A stretch of DNA of 32,000 bases, taken from positions 1,500,001 through 1,532,000 of the forward strand of contig NC_010296.1 of assembly GCF_000010625.1 (NCBI RefSeq), read 5' to 3'. A program made the position numbers and the translations under genes. Under the pieces are notes generated by a model. It was not told the DNA's origin. It saw only the letters and a program-made list of their open reading frames with translations, and did not search any database. Every line of letters begins with the position of its first letter. Positions within the stretch are counted from its first letter, which is position 1. Below are positions 8,592-17,125 of the stretch, piece by piece. The stretch comes from Microcystis aeruginosa NIES-843. Its GTDB lineage: Bacteria > Cyanobacteriota > Cyanobacteriia > Cyanobacteriales > Microcystaceae.

Positions 8592-9779
8592 GTGTGGCAA
8601 TACATTATTCCTATTTTTGACCCCGATGTGAAAAACTGGTCAGCCGAAGCGCGATTATTGCGCTGGATGACTTTTTTGTGGCTGTTAGTCGGGTTAGTGG
8701 TGCTTTTTTCCGCTTCCTACGCTCTGGCTGACAGTCGCTTTGATAACGGACTATACTATTTTATCCGCCAATTAATCTGGCTTTGGATTGGCTTAATTGG
8801 CTTTAATTTCCTGGTGCGATTGCCGATCGAGAAACTCCTCAAAATCGCACCCTGGATGATTTTATTAGTTTTAGGATTAATTTTGATCACTCTTATCCCC
8901 GGTTTGGGAACTAATATCAACGGTGCCACCCGTTGGATTAAAATCGGGCCGATTCTCTTGCAACCGTCGGAATTTATGAAACCGTTTCTCGTCCTGCAAG
9001 GGGCGGCGGTTTTCGGTGGTTGGCCGCGTTTAAATGTCAATCAACGGTTAACTTGGATCGCTATTTTTGGGCTAATTCTAGCGGGCATCCTCTTACAACC
9101 TAACTTGAGTACCACTGCTCTGTGTGGTATAACTCTCTGGCTGATCGCTCTTGCCTCCGGTCTGCCTTTATCCTACATGACCAGCACCGCTTTACTGGGT
9201 GTAACTATGGCCGTGGTTAGTGTTACTTTCCGCGAATACCAGAGAAAACGGATTTTGTCTTTCTTAAACCCCTGGCAGGATCCCCGGGGTGATGGTTATC
9301 AATTAGTGCAGAGTTTACTGGCGATCGGTTCTGGCGGAACCACCGGCAGCGGTTACGGTTTATCCCAACAAAAATTATTTTATCTACCCTTCCCAGATAC
9401 GGATTTTATTTTCGCTGTCTTTGGTGAGGAATTTGGTTTTATTGGCGGTATTTTACTGTTAATCATGCTATTTCTCTACGCTACTCTCGCCCTGATCGTG
9501 GCGGTTAAATGTCGTCATCGCATCAAAAAATTAGTGGCGATCGGGGCGATGGTAATTTTAATCGGTCAATCCCTGTTAAATATCGGTGTGGCCACTGGTT
9601 CTTTACCCACTACCGGCTTACCTTTCCCCCTCTTTAGTTATGGCGGCAGTTCCAGTTTAGCCAGTCTCTTTTTAGCCGCCCTCTTAATCCGCGTGGCTAG
9701 GGAAGAAAATGACCCCGATCTGGTTTCCACCAGTAAAAAAAGTCCTCAGAAAACTGTCTCGGTTTTCAGTCATCAGTGA
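8592..9779 (+). CDS. ftsW: FtsW/RodA/SpoVE (SEDS) family cell-division glycosyltransferase, FtsW-like
   Basis: 395 aa, about 10 TM segments, GTG start. Motifs RWIKIGPILLQPSEFMKP, DTDFIFAVFGEEFGFIGG and LPFPLFSYGGSS. Confidence 0.85.
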   Translation: MWQYIIPIFDPDVKNWSAEARLLRWMTFLWLLVGLVVLFSASYALADSRFDNGLYYFIRQLIWLWIGLIGFNFLVRLPIEKLLKIAPWMILLVLGLILITLIPGLGTNINGATRWIKIGPILLQPSEFMKPFLVLQGAAVFGGWPRLNVNQRLTWIAIFGLILAGILLQPNLSTTALCGITLWLIALASGLPLSYMTSTALLGVTMAVVSVTFREYQRKRILSFLNPWQDPRGDGYQLVQSLLAIGSGGTTGSGYGLSQQKLFYLPFPDTDFIFAVFGEEFGFIGGILLLIMLFLYATLALIVAVKCRHRIKKLVAIGAMVILIGQSLLNIGVATGSLPTTGLPFPLFSYGGSSSLASLFLAALLIRVAREENDPDLVSTSKKSPQKTVSVFSHQ

Positions 9780-9787
9780 TGGATTGG

Positions 9788-9836
9788 GAATTATGAATTA
9801 TGAATTATGAAGTGGGGAAGTGGGGAAGTGGGGAAG
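9788..9836. repeat. Tandem arrays (GAATTAT)3 followed by (GTGGGGAA)3
   Basis: Read directly, immediately after the ftsW stop. Confidence 0.9.
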
Positions 9837-10275
9837 CTGTCTCATCACCCTATCACCCCAAAACCCCCCGCAACGCGCAAGCAGTGACCCCCCTATCTCC
9901 TGATTCCTGACTCCTAACCCAATGTTCGACAAAGATAAGTAAAAATTATTGATTGATTCCAAAAACTTGAGAATATTTAAATTAACATTCCGCAATATTT
10001 ACAAATTCTTAAGAATTAATTGAGAAAGATTTTTATTTAACAACGATGTTACAATGGTGACAGCGATTTGATAGAATTTCATAATGGGTCATTCTGTGCT
10101 TTTTTAGGTAGCAATGGTTGAAACCCTTGCCACACCTACAGGGTGATCCTAATTAAGACGGGTAAATCAGTCAATTTCACGGGCAACGATGATCTTTTTT
10201 TTGTGTAGTTTTATTGCAAAAAAAAAGTTTTTTTGACAAAAAGCACAAAGTATGTGGGAGTAGTTATGGCAGAGT

Positions 10276-10326
10276 GGGAAGTGGGGAAGTGGGGAAGTGG
10301 GGAAGTGGGGAAGTGGGGAGATGGGG
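10276..10326. repeat. Octamer tandem array (GTGGGGAA)n with six GGGG runs
   Basis: Read directly. Preceded by ATGGCAGAGTGG, the same leader as the array at 14693. Followed by the motif GGGAGAATAAATAAAAGCAATCTCCTGAC. Confidence 0.9.
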
Positions 10327-10564
10327 AGAATAAATAAAAGCAATCTCCTGACTTGAAAGAGGGTGTAGGGTGTGGGGTGTGGTGCGATTCGTTGGCTAGA
10401 AACTAGACAGTAAGACGTTTAGAGGATTAGCCGCTTGGTAAATGTAGTACCTTGATAACTTTATAACCTTACAGGTGCGGGTTAGTAATAACCTTAGTCC
10501 TGTCCTCTAGATGCCTAGTGTTCTGTCAAAGCAATTATGTCGGATAATAGGAATGTAAATAAGC

Positions 10565-11809
10565 GGCTCTTCTAGGTTCTGTGTGAGCATGGTATAACAG
10601 TAACACAGAACAGGAGGTGGGTTATGTGGATAAATTTTGATCAACTCCTCGATTTACCAAATGTAACAGTGGTCAATTATCAAAAAATTGCTCAGACAAT
10701 TTTCCTAAAGCTCGCTCTTTTAAATGAAACAATTGAATGTCCGAATTGCCATCAAACCTTGGACAGAATCAATCAGACAGAGTATAATCTAGTCAGAGAT
10801 TTGTCAATATTAGGCAATCCGGTATATTTAGAAGTACCACGCCGCCAGTTTCATTGTCAAAAGTGCCAAAAGTATATCAGCGAAAGACTGAGTTTTATGA
10901 GATTAAGACAGCATCATACAATTCGCTATGAATCGATGATTTATGAGAGAGTAAAAAATTGTAGTATCGAAGAAATAAGTCGAGAAGAAGGGTTAGGATG
11001 GGAAGAAGTTGAGTTAATATTTAATCACTGTGCTAAAGAACTAAAAAAGGAAGAGTGGGAAGCACCAGAACGAATAAGCTTAGATGAATTTAGTAACTTA
11101 AAAGGACATAAAGATTTCATAACAACGGTCGTAGATCTGGACAAGAAAATTTTACTAGATGTGATTAAAGGACATAAGCAAGAAGAATTAATGGAAGCCT
11201 TAAAAGCACAACCAGAAGCAATTCGGGAGAAAGTGAAAGAAGTGAGCGTCGATATGTGGTCAGGATTTACAGCAGTGATCAAGGAATTATTTCCCAATGC
11301 TAAAATCATCTATGACCGTTTTCATGTAATGGATATCATCAATGACGAGCTTAATAAATTGAGAAAGTTAATGGGGGTGCATGAAAAAGGATTACCTCAT
11401 TTATTATGGAAGAATAAAGAGGACTTAAAGGACGAGCAAAAACAACAACTAGAAGTTATCTTGAAAGAACATCCATGCTTGGGAATAGCCGACGAAATGA
11501 AAGAAGAAATTAGACAAATTTATCAAGGTTGTAGAACGTTCAAAGGTGCTGAGAGAAAATTGGAAAAATGTATAAGAATAGGCGGAATATTATATCAAAG
11601 TAGTGCCAGTATGATCCGGAAGCATTTGTCGGGTATCTGTAATTACTTTGAAAATCAGACAACCAACGGATTAATTGAGGGAATGAATACCAAAATAAAG
11701 CTTATTAAAAGAATAAGTTATGGATTTACCAATTTTGAACATCTTCGACTTAAGCTGTTTGCTTGCTTTAATTTATAACAAAAATTAACACACGAAAACC
11801 AGAAGAGCC
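10565..11809 (+). mobile_element. ISL3-family insertion sequence
   Basis: IRs are GGCTCTTCTAGGTTCTGTGTG (10565-) and (rc of 11789-11809) GGCTCTTCTGGTTTTCGTGTG, bracketing a full transposase ORF. The flanking 8-mers differ, so there is no TSD. Confidence 0.85.
10624..11778 (+). CDS. ISL3-family transposase
   Basis: 384 aa. N-terminal zinc ribbon CPNCH...CQKCQ, then LDEFSNLKGHKDFITTVVDL, VSVDMWSGF and IIYDRFHV (DDE_Tnp_ISL3 pattern). Confidence 0.9.
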   Translation: MWINFDQLLDLPNVTVVNYQKIAQTIFLKLALLNETIECPNCHQTLDRINQTEYNLVRDLSILGNPVYLEVPRRQFHCQKCQKYISERLSFMRLRQHHTIRYESMIYERVKNCSIEEISREEGLGWEEVELIFNHCAKELKKEEWEAPERISLDEFSNLKGHKDFITTVVDLDKKILLDVIKGHKQEELMEALKAQPEAIREKVKEVSVDMWSGFTAVIKELFPNAKIIYDRFHVMDIINDELNKLRKLMGVHEKGLPHLLWKNKEDLKDEQKQQLEVILKEHPCLGIADEMKEEIRQIYQGCRTFKGAERKLEKCIRIGGILYQSSASMIRKHLSGICNYFENQTTNGLIEGMNTKIKLIKRISYGFTNFEHLRLKLFACFNL

Positions 11810-11938
11810 GATATGCTTTAATTTGGTTATCAAAACCTCTTTATTTAAGCGGCACAAACTATCTCAATTATAAAAATTGAGAATAAATTCTCCTGACTAA
11901 TTACAATTCTCCTTCACTGGATTAATGTTTGGCAACTT

Positions 11939-12492
11939 TTAAGAAGCTGCTATACCTATCCCTAACTCATAGTTATAAACAGCCGCCAAAAGGTTAACTC
12001 TTAAACTATATCTTCGACGACGATTCCGATATTTACAGGATAAGATTTTCAAGATTTTGAGTTTCCTATTTATAGGTTCAATGATAATCCTTTCTTTGGC
12101 TAAAGCCTTGTTATACTCCTTTTCTAACTCTGTTAATTTTCTATTTTTCGATTTCTTTTTCGGTGTATAACTATTACTAACGTTACTAAAACTTGTTCTT
12201 CTATAGATAGTTTAGGTTTCGGTCGCCTTTTAGATGCTGAATTAGAGTCGGCTTCAACACTTTTTACTGATTCTACCATCTTTCTATAGGTTTGTTTATA
12301 CACACCGAAACGGCGTTTGAACTGTTCATCTGATAAGTCTTGATCATCCATACTTTTGCTAATAAACATAGCCAAAGTATAGATGATTTCCTGACCTAAG
12401 ATCACATTTTATTCTTTTTTCCACTTGCATCTAAAAATTGAGAAAAAAGCCAAAACCTCCCTTATACCATAAAAAAATTATGCAAGAGGTCT
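11939..12492 (-). pseudogene. Internally deleted IS5-family element (N-terminal HTH part fused to a C-terminal remnant)
   Basis: ORF 12133-12405 reads ...FKRRFGVYKQTYRKMVESV...KPKLSIEEQVLVTL. A second frame at 11939-12130 reads LTELEKEYNKALAKERIIIEPINRKLKILKILSCKYRNRRRRYSLRVNLLAAVYNYEL. The DDE core is missing. The right terminus TGCAAGAGGTCT (12481-12492) equals the TIR of MITE-137. The left terminus was not found. Confidence 0.65.
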
Positions 12493-13211
12493 AGTATGCC
12501 GATATTTTCTAGGTGTAGATAGCCTTGAATAGAGGTTCCTTCTAGGTTCAAAAATTTGTCAAGTATCATAAGTAAAATACTCTCGTTTTTGGGTATTCTA
12601 TCAAATCTTAACTCTATTGTCTATCTTTTGGTATTAACCCGTTTGTGCCTCAAGTTTCTCCCTCTATAGATTTCAGCCACTTTTAGTTGTATACGCTCTC
12701 AGCGAATTTTATTTTCAATTAATTATTCGCATAACAAATCTCAAAGAGCCTATATTGATAAGGAAACGATGCAATTTCATCACGATAAACACCATGCAGC
12801 CTACGTTAATAATCTCAACCTGACAGTGGCAAAATATCCAGAATTGCAGAAAAAAACAGTAGTAGAATTAATTAAAAATCTTGACTCTTTACCCGCCGAT
12901 ATTCCCACCTCTGTCCGCAATAATGGCGGCGGCGATCTTAATCATACGATGTTTTGGCAGATTATGTCCCCCGATGGCGGTGGCGAACCAAAAGGAGAAA
13001 TAGGGGCGGCAATAATCGCTAAATTTGGCAGTTTCGAGGAATTTAAAAACGCTTTCAACCAAGCAGGTACTAAACTTTTTGGTAGTGGTTGGACATGGTT
13101 GGTTTTAAATAAGTCAGGACAACTAGAAATTACCAGCACTGCTAACCAAGATAGCCCACTAATGAAGGGATTACAGCCAATTATGGGCAATGATGTCCTG
13201 GAACACGCCTA

Positions 13212-13312
13212 AGTACCTAAGCAAAATTAATTACACATTTCGATAAAGCTTTTGCCTCTTGCCTATTGCCTCTTGCCTGTCTTCACTAGGAAATTTATTT
13301 TGCATGACTACT
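13212..13312. mobile_element. 101-bp MITE (MITE-101), copy 1, inside sod
   Basis: TIRs are AGTACCTAAGCAAAAT and (rc) AGTAGTCATGCAAAAT. TA TSD at 13210-11 and 13313-14. Internal TTGCCT(C/A)-type heptamers. Excision restores EHA-YYLKY. Confidence 0.8.
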
Positions 13313-13351
13313 TATTACTTAAAATACTGTAATCAACGGGCTGAGTATGTG

Positions 13352-13677
13352 AACTACTCTCAAGGTCGTTGAGAGCTTCCCGCTTCAATGGGATGCGCTT
13401 TCTACCTCGAAAGATAGCAAGTCTTACCTTCCCGACCCAGGCAGGAGTCCTAGTTCCTAAGACCCATACTTTTTCTGGCAACACGACCCGTCGAAGCTCG
13501 GTTATCGCTTAAGCAATAGTGGTCAAGATCCGTTTGTTATAGCATCGGTTTTTGAGAATTGTCTATATACAAAGTCAGCATTCATGACGGGAACCCTGGG
13601 GCGAATTACTTCGCCCCTTTAAAAGCCCCGTCCCATGGCACTAAGCGCAAGGGACTTCTGCTGACATTCAGTTAAAA
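13352..13677. mobile_element. ~325-bp structured insertion without TIR/TSD; candidate IS200/IS605-derived non-autonomous element (PATE-like)
   Basis: Splits AEYV(N) from (K)EWWNVVNW, with boundaries ambiguous by ~3 nt. Contains hairpins CTCTCAA-GGTCG-TTGAGAG and GGGGCGAA-TTAC-TTCGCCCC, plus TCCC-loop-GGGA modules at both ends. The ends resemble 28591-28615 and (rc) 6693-6736. Confidence 0.5.
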
Positions 13678-13742
13678 GAGTGGTGGAATGTGGTTAACTG
13701 GGAGGAGGTAAATCGCCGCTATCTTCAGGCAAAAGCTTAACG

Positions 13743-14660
13743 ATGACAACTTTTACGGTTACAGTTCCCGCTACCACTGCTAATATTGGGCCCGGCTTCG
13801 ATTGTCTCGGAGCGGCCTTAACCCTATATAATCAGTTTACTTTTACCCTGCTGCCAGCAACAACAGCTAACCCTGTCAGCATTAGTGTCAAGGGAACTGA
13901 ATCAGCTAAAGTTAGCCAAGGTGCTGATAATTTAATCTACACTTCTTTTTTGCAAGTTTATCAAAAAATAGGACAGAATCCGCCCCCTATCGCCATCGAG
14001 ATCGGTTTAGGGGTTCCTCTGGCTAGAGGTTTAGGTAGTTCTGCCACTGCTATTATCGGCGGGTTAGTGGCCGCTAATCAATGCGCCGGAAATCCTTTAT
14101 CTATGGGGGAAATCGCAGCATTAGCGATCGCATTGGAGGGACATCCAGATAATGTGGTGCCGGCTTTGCGGGGCAACTGTCAGCTATCGGCAGGTGATAG
14201 CACAAATTGGGCTATTTGTCAAGTATTTTGGCAAAAAAATCTCATTCCCGTCCTAGCGATTCCCGATTTTGAACTGGCTACGGAAAAAGCTAGGGCTGTT
14301 TTACCCGAAAAAATTAGCCGTCAGGAGGCAATTTTCAATATTTCCCGCTTGGGTTTATTATTGCGGGGATTGGAGACGGGTAACGGCGATTGGCTGAGAA
14401 TTGCCCTAGAGGATAAACTGCATCAACCCTATCGCCAATCTTTGATCCCGGGTTACGAAAAGGTCAAAAAAGCCGCCATTAACGCGGGTGCTTACGGGAT
14501 GGTAATTAGTGGCGCAGGTCCCACCCTATTAGCTTTAACTAACCCCGACAATGCCCAAAAAACAGCAACAGAGATGAAAAATGCTTGGCAGCAAGTGGGG
14601 ATTAACTCTGAGGTGAAAATTTTAGCTTTAGATACCCTAGGGGCGCAAGTAAACTGTTAA
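13743..14660 (+). CDS. thrB: Homoserine kinase
   Basis: 305 aa. VPATTANIGPGFDCLGAAL and the GHMP motif PLARGLGSSATAIIGG. Confidence 0.9.
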   Translation: MTTFTVTVPATTANIGPGFDCLGAALTLYNQFTFTLLPATTANPVSISVKGTESAKVSQGADNLIYTSFLQVYQKIGQNPPPIAIEIGLGVPLARGLGSSATAIIGGLVAANQCAGNPLSMGEIAALAIALEGHPDNVVPALRGNCQLSAGDSTNWAICQVFWQKNLIPVLAIPDFELATEKARAVLPEKISRQEAIFNISRLGLLLRGLETGNGDWLRIALEDKLHQPYRQSLIPGYEKVKKAAINAGAYGMVISGAGPTLLALTNPDNAQKTATEMKNAWQQVGINSEVKILALDTLGAQVNC

Positions 14661-14692
14661 GCATCCAATTTACTTGTTAAGAGTCCATGGCA

Positions 14693-14802
14693 GAGTGGTT
14701 GGGGTGTGGGGAAGCGGGGAGATGGGGAAGCGGGGAGATGGGGAAGTGGGGGAATTTTAACTAAAACCCTAAACCCCCAAAACCCTAAAACCCCAAAACC
14801 TT
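14693..14802. repeat. G-rich tandem array (GGGGAAG/GGGGAGAT units) followed by an (AAAACCCT)-like array
   Basis: Read directly. Shares the leader ATGGCAGAGTGG with the array at 10276. Confidence 0.85.
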
Positions 14803-14823
14803 CCAACTCTCCAGAAACTTAAC

Positions 14824-15187
14824 TCAGGCTGAGGAAGCCTCAACCAGTTGAAAGCCAAGGGATTGCACCTTTTTCGAGAGATTGTTGATGACCCGTTGAC
14901 GATACTGTTGTTCGTAATCATCTGCTCCCAGTTCTTGATAGGATTGTTTGGTCGTCCACAGATGATAAAAAATCCGCGCTATTTTATGTGCCGTAGCCGT
15001 AATCGCCTTGGCCGCACCAGCGCGGCGATAAAGACGACGATAAAAAGCCCCCAAAGCGCAACTAGAACGACTGACTGCTTGAGCGGCTAATCTAAAGGCC
15101 GTGGCGGCTCGATTGACAACTTTACGAGTTTGTGAGCTTTTGACTTTTCCGCCAGTAATGCGACAGCCTGGACATAAACCTAACCAA
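14824..15187 (-). pseudogene. IS110-family transposase, C-terminal fragment only
   Basis: The minus strand reads WLGLCPGCRITGGKVKSSQTRKVVNRAATAFRLAAQAVSRSSCALGAFYRRLYRRAGAAKAITATAHKIARIFYHLW... (Transposase_20-type C-terminus). It is cut off at the IS1 left IR at 15188. Confidence 0.75.
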
Positions 15188-15529
15188 GGTAATGATTCGG
15201 TAGTAGTGGCGTAGCTCTCTTGCTTACCTGGTATGAATTGTGTAAAATATTTATTAATAAAAATAATTGCAACCCGCTCAGTCTTTAAACCTCTATACTT
15301 TGCACGGCTACAACTTGCATTTTTTCCTCAAGGACAATAATATAGTTTAAGAGTCATAATTAGAAGCAAAGCACTCATTAAAAACATGATTAACCTAGAA
15401 TTCACGGAAGAAGAAAAGAACTCACTGTATTATGAAAGATTTCATCATCCCCATCCCCGGGTTCAACTGAAGATGGAAGTTCTCTGGTTAAAGAGCCAAA
15501 AGATACCGCACAAAAAAATTTGTCAGTTA

Positions 15530-16667
15530 TACTTTAGACGTTCATAATCTGAGATTTATTAAACTTCTGAAATCGTAGAGTCAGCAAGGAATCCAGTTCT
15601 TTTTTATGTTTCAGATGGGCATCATTCAAACATTCATAAATGGCTGAAGAAAAGTCAGAAAAGTTTTCATAATATTTACCATATAAACATTTCTTTTTGA
15701 CAAATTTCCACAGCCTTTCAATTAAATTTAGATTAGGCGAATAAGACGGTAGATAGAGTAGCTCTATTGACAAAGAAAGAGCCAATTTTTCAACAATTTT
15801 ACATTTCTGATAGCGGGCATTATCTAATACGAGAGTGATGGGAATCATTAGTCCTAAAGCAGCTATTTTTGACCGGAGTTCACAGACTTGAGTTGCTGTA
15901 ATATAAGTGTCATTCGTAACCAGAATAACTTCATGAGTTATTGCATTTAATGCTCCTAAAACATTGAAGCGTTTACGCCCGCTCGGTGACTTAACAAAAA
16001 GTCTCTCAAAACACCAAACAAAACCGAGAAAAGCTCCCATAACAAAGTGAGCGGCATCAACAAAAAAAACAGCCATTTTTCCTTCTTTAGCCTCATTTAG
16101 TCTGGGTTCTAGCTTTTTTTCTTTGTAGTCTTCTTGTTCATCCCGGTCAGCTTTAGAAGGAAGAGAACCTACTTTTATACATTTCATTCCCATTGATTTT
16201 AAGAATTTCCTCACTTGAGTAGGACTTCGTTTTATTCCCGTCAATTCTTCTCTTCTGTATACAGCTTCATTTATTGTGGCTGGTGGATTTTTCTCGAAGT
16301 ATTTTTTGAGCGTTTCTTTTTGAGACTCTAATTCACTTTTAGGGCGATAGAAGTTGATTTCTTTTAATTTTTCTATTCCGCCTTCTTCATAATCTCGAAG
16401 ATAGGTTAATAAGGTATTTGGCGAGATTCCTGCTAACTGACAAATTTTTTTGTGCGGTATCTTTTGGCTCTTTAACCAGAGAACTTCCATCTTCAGTTGA
16501 ACCCGGGGATGGGGATGATGAAATCTTTCATAATACAGTGAGTTCTTTTCTTCTTCCGTGAATTCTAGGTTAATCATGTTTTTAATGAGTGCTTTGCTTC
16601 TAATTATGACTCTTAAACTATATTATTGTCCTTGAGTAAAAAATGCAAGTTGTAGCCGTGCAAAGTA
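15530..16667 (-). mobile_element. IS630-family copy (guest copy), intact, inserted in inverse orientation into its sister copy
   Basis: 1138 bp with the same termini as the host copy. TA TSD at 15528-29 and 16668-69. Excision restores CAG TTA GCA GGA (QLAG) in the host ORF. Confidence 0.9.
15534..16577 (-). CDS. IS630-family DDE transposase
   Basis: 347 aa. N-terminal HTH, VFFVDAAHF, LVLDNARYQ and YSPNLNLIERLWKFVKK (DDE triad context). Confidence 0.9.
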   Translation of the reverse strand: MINLEFTEEEKNSLYYERFHHPHPRVQLKMEVLWLKSQKIPHKKICQLAGISPNTLLTYLRDYEEGGIEKLKEINFYRPKSELESQKETLKKYFEKNPPATINEAVYRREELTGIKRSPTQVRKFLKSMGMKCIKVGSLPSKADRDEQEDYKEKKLEPRLNEAKEGKMAVFFVDAAHFVMGAFLGFVWCFERLFVKSPSGRKRFNVLGALNAITHEVILVTNDTYITATQVCELRSKIAALGLMIPITLVLDNARYQKCKIVEKLALSLSIELLYLPSYSPNLNLIERLWKFVKKKCLYGKYYENFSDFSSAIYECLNDAHLKHKKELDSLLTLRFQKFNKSQIMNV

Positions 16668-16696
16668 TAGCAGGAATCTCGCCAAATACCTTATTA

Positions 16697-17125
16697 CTGG
16701 ACTTCCCCCGTATAAACATACTAGCTATGGCTAAAAGTCTTATAGAGCCTGAGTTAAAGCCATATAATACTAATGGACTACTGGACACAAACTCCTGAAG
16801 TCCTTACGCTGATAGGGTTTGAGGCAAAAATTTTCAAATTTGACCTTTCGACCATTATAGCTTGTTTCGGGGCAGAAAACCATCAAAAACATGGCTACAG
16901 AGGGAATCGCTGACTCTAGAGATTAATGACACCATCTGTTACAATGAGGTTAGCGATCACTATACAGCCAACTCTACGGAATCGCTCTACTCCAGATACA
17001 GTCAACGGTACAGCCATTTTCAAGCGAAAAATGTACCCAGTAGTGGCTTGTCAATTTTTTCTGAGAAGCTCCATGCAGTAAGGGTTTTGTTGATTTTTTA
17101 GTATTTCTGTATGGGGGAAGTCCAG
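16697..17125. mobile_element. 429-bp non-autonomous element (MITE-429) inside the host IS630 copy
   Basis: TIRs are CTGGACTTCCCCCGTATAAAC and (rc) CTGGACTTCCCCCATACAGAA. Duplication TTATTA at 16691-96 and 17126-31. Its right TIR supplies the false ATG of ORF 17111-18004. Confidence 0.75.

Larger units (their letters stand above)
12769..13740 (+). pseudogene. sod: Mn/Fe-superoxide dismutase gene interrupted by two insertions; N-terminus also appears defective
   Basis: [29 protein letters not shown] and GNDVLEHA, then after 13212-13312 YYLKYCNQRAEYV, then after ~13352-13677 (K)EWWNVVNWEEVNRRY and TAA at 13738-13740. The usual ~20 N-terminal residues are not in frame upstream of 12769. Confidence 0.8.

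Noticed and set aside
9798-9995. 65-aa ORF downstream of ftsW, and similarly 24550-24732 and 28426-28608
   Set aside because: They read through tandem repeats or IS-end hairpins (for example SVISYQLSVIRCELSV from the TTATCAG array). No coding signal.
13352-13677. Group I or group II self-splicing intron in sod
   Set aside because: By eye I find no group II 5' GUGYG / domain V signature and no group I P3-P7 core. Both ends resemble IS200/IS605 end modules found elsewhere in the window. This is not formally excluded and is listed as a check under the finding.
16862-17101. 79-aa ORF inside MITE-429 as a coding gene
   Set aside because: It has no recognisable motifs, starts at a non-ATG codon (TTG per the track translation), and lies wholly inside a non-autonomous element. 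Likely spurious.
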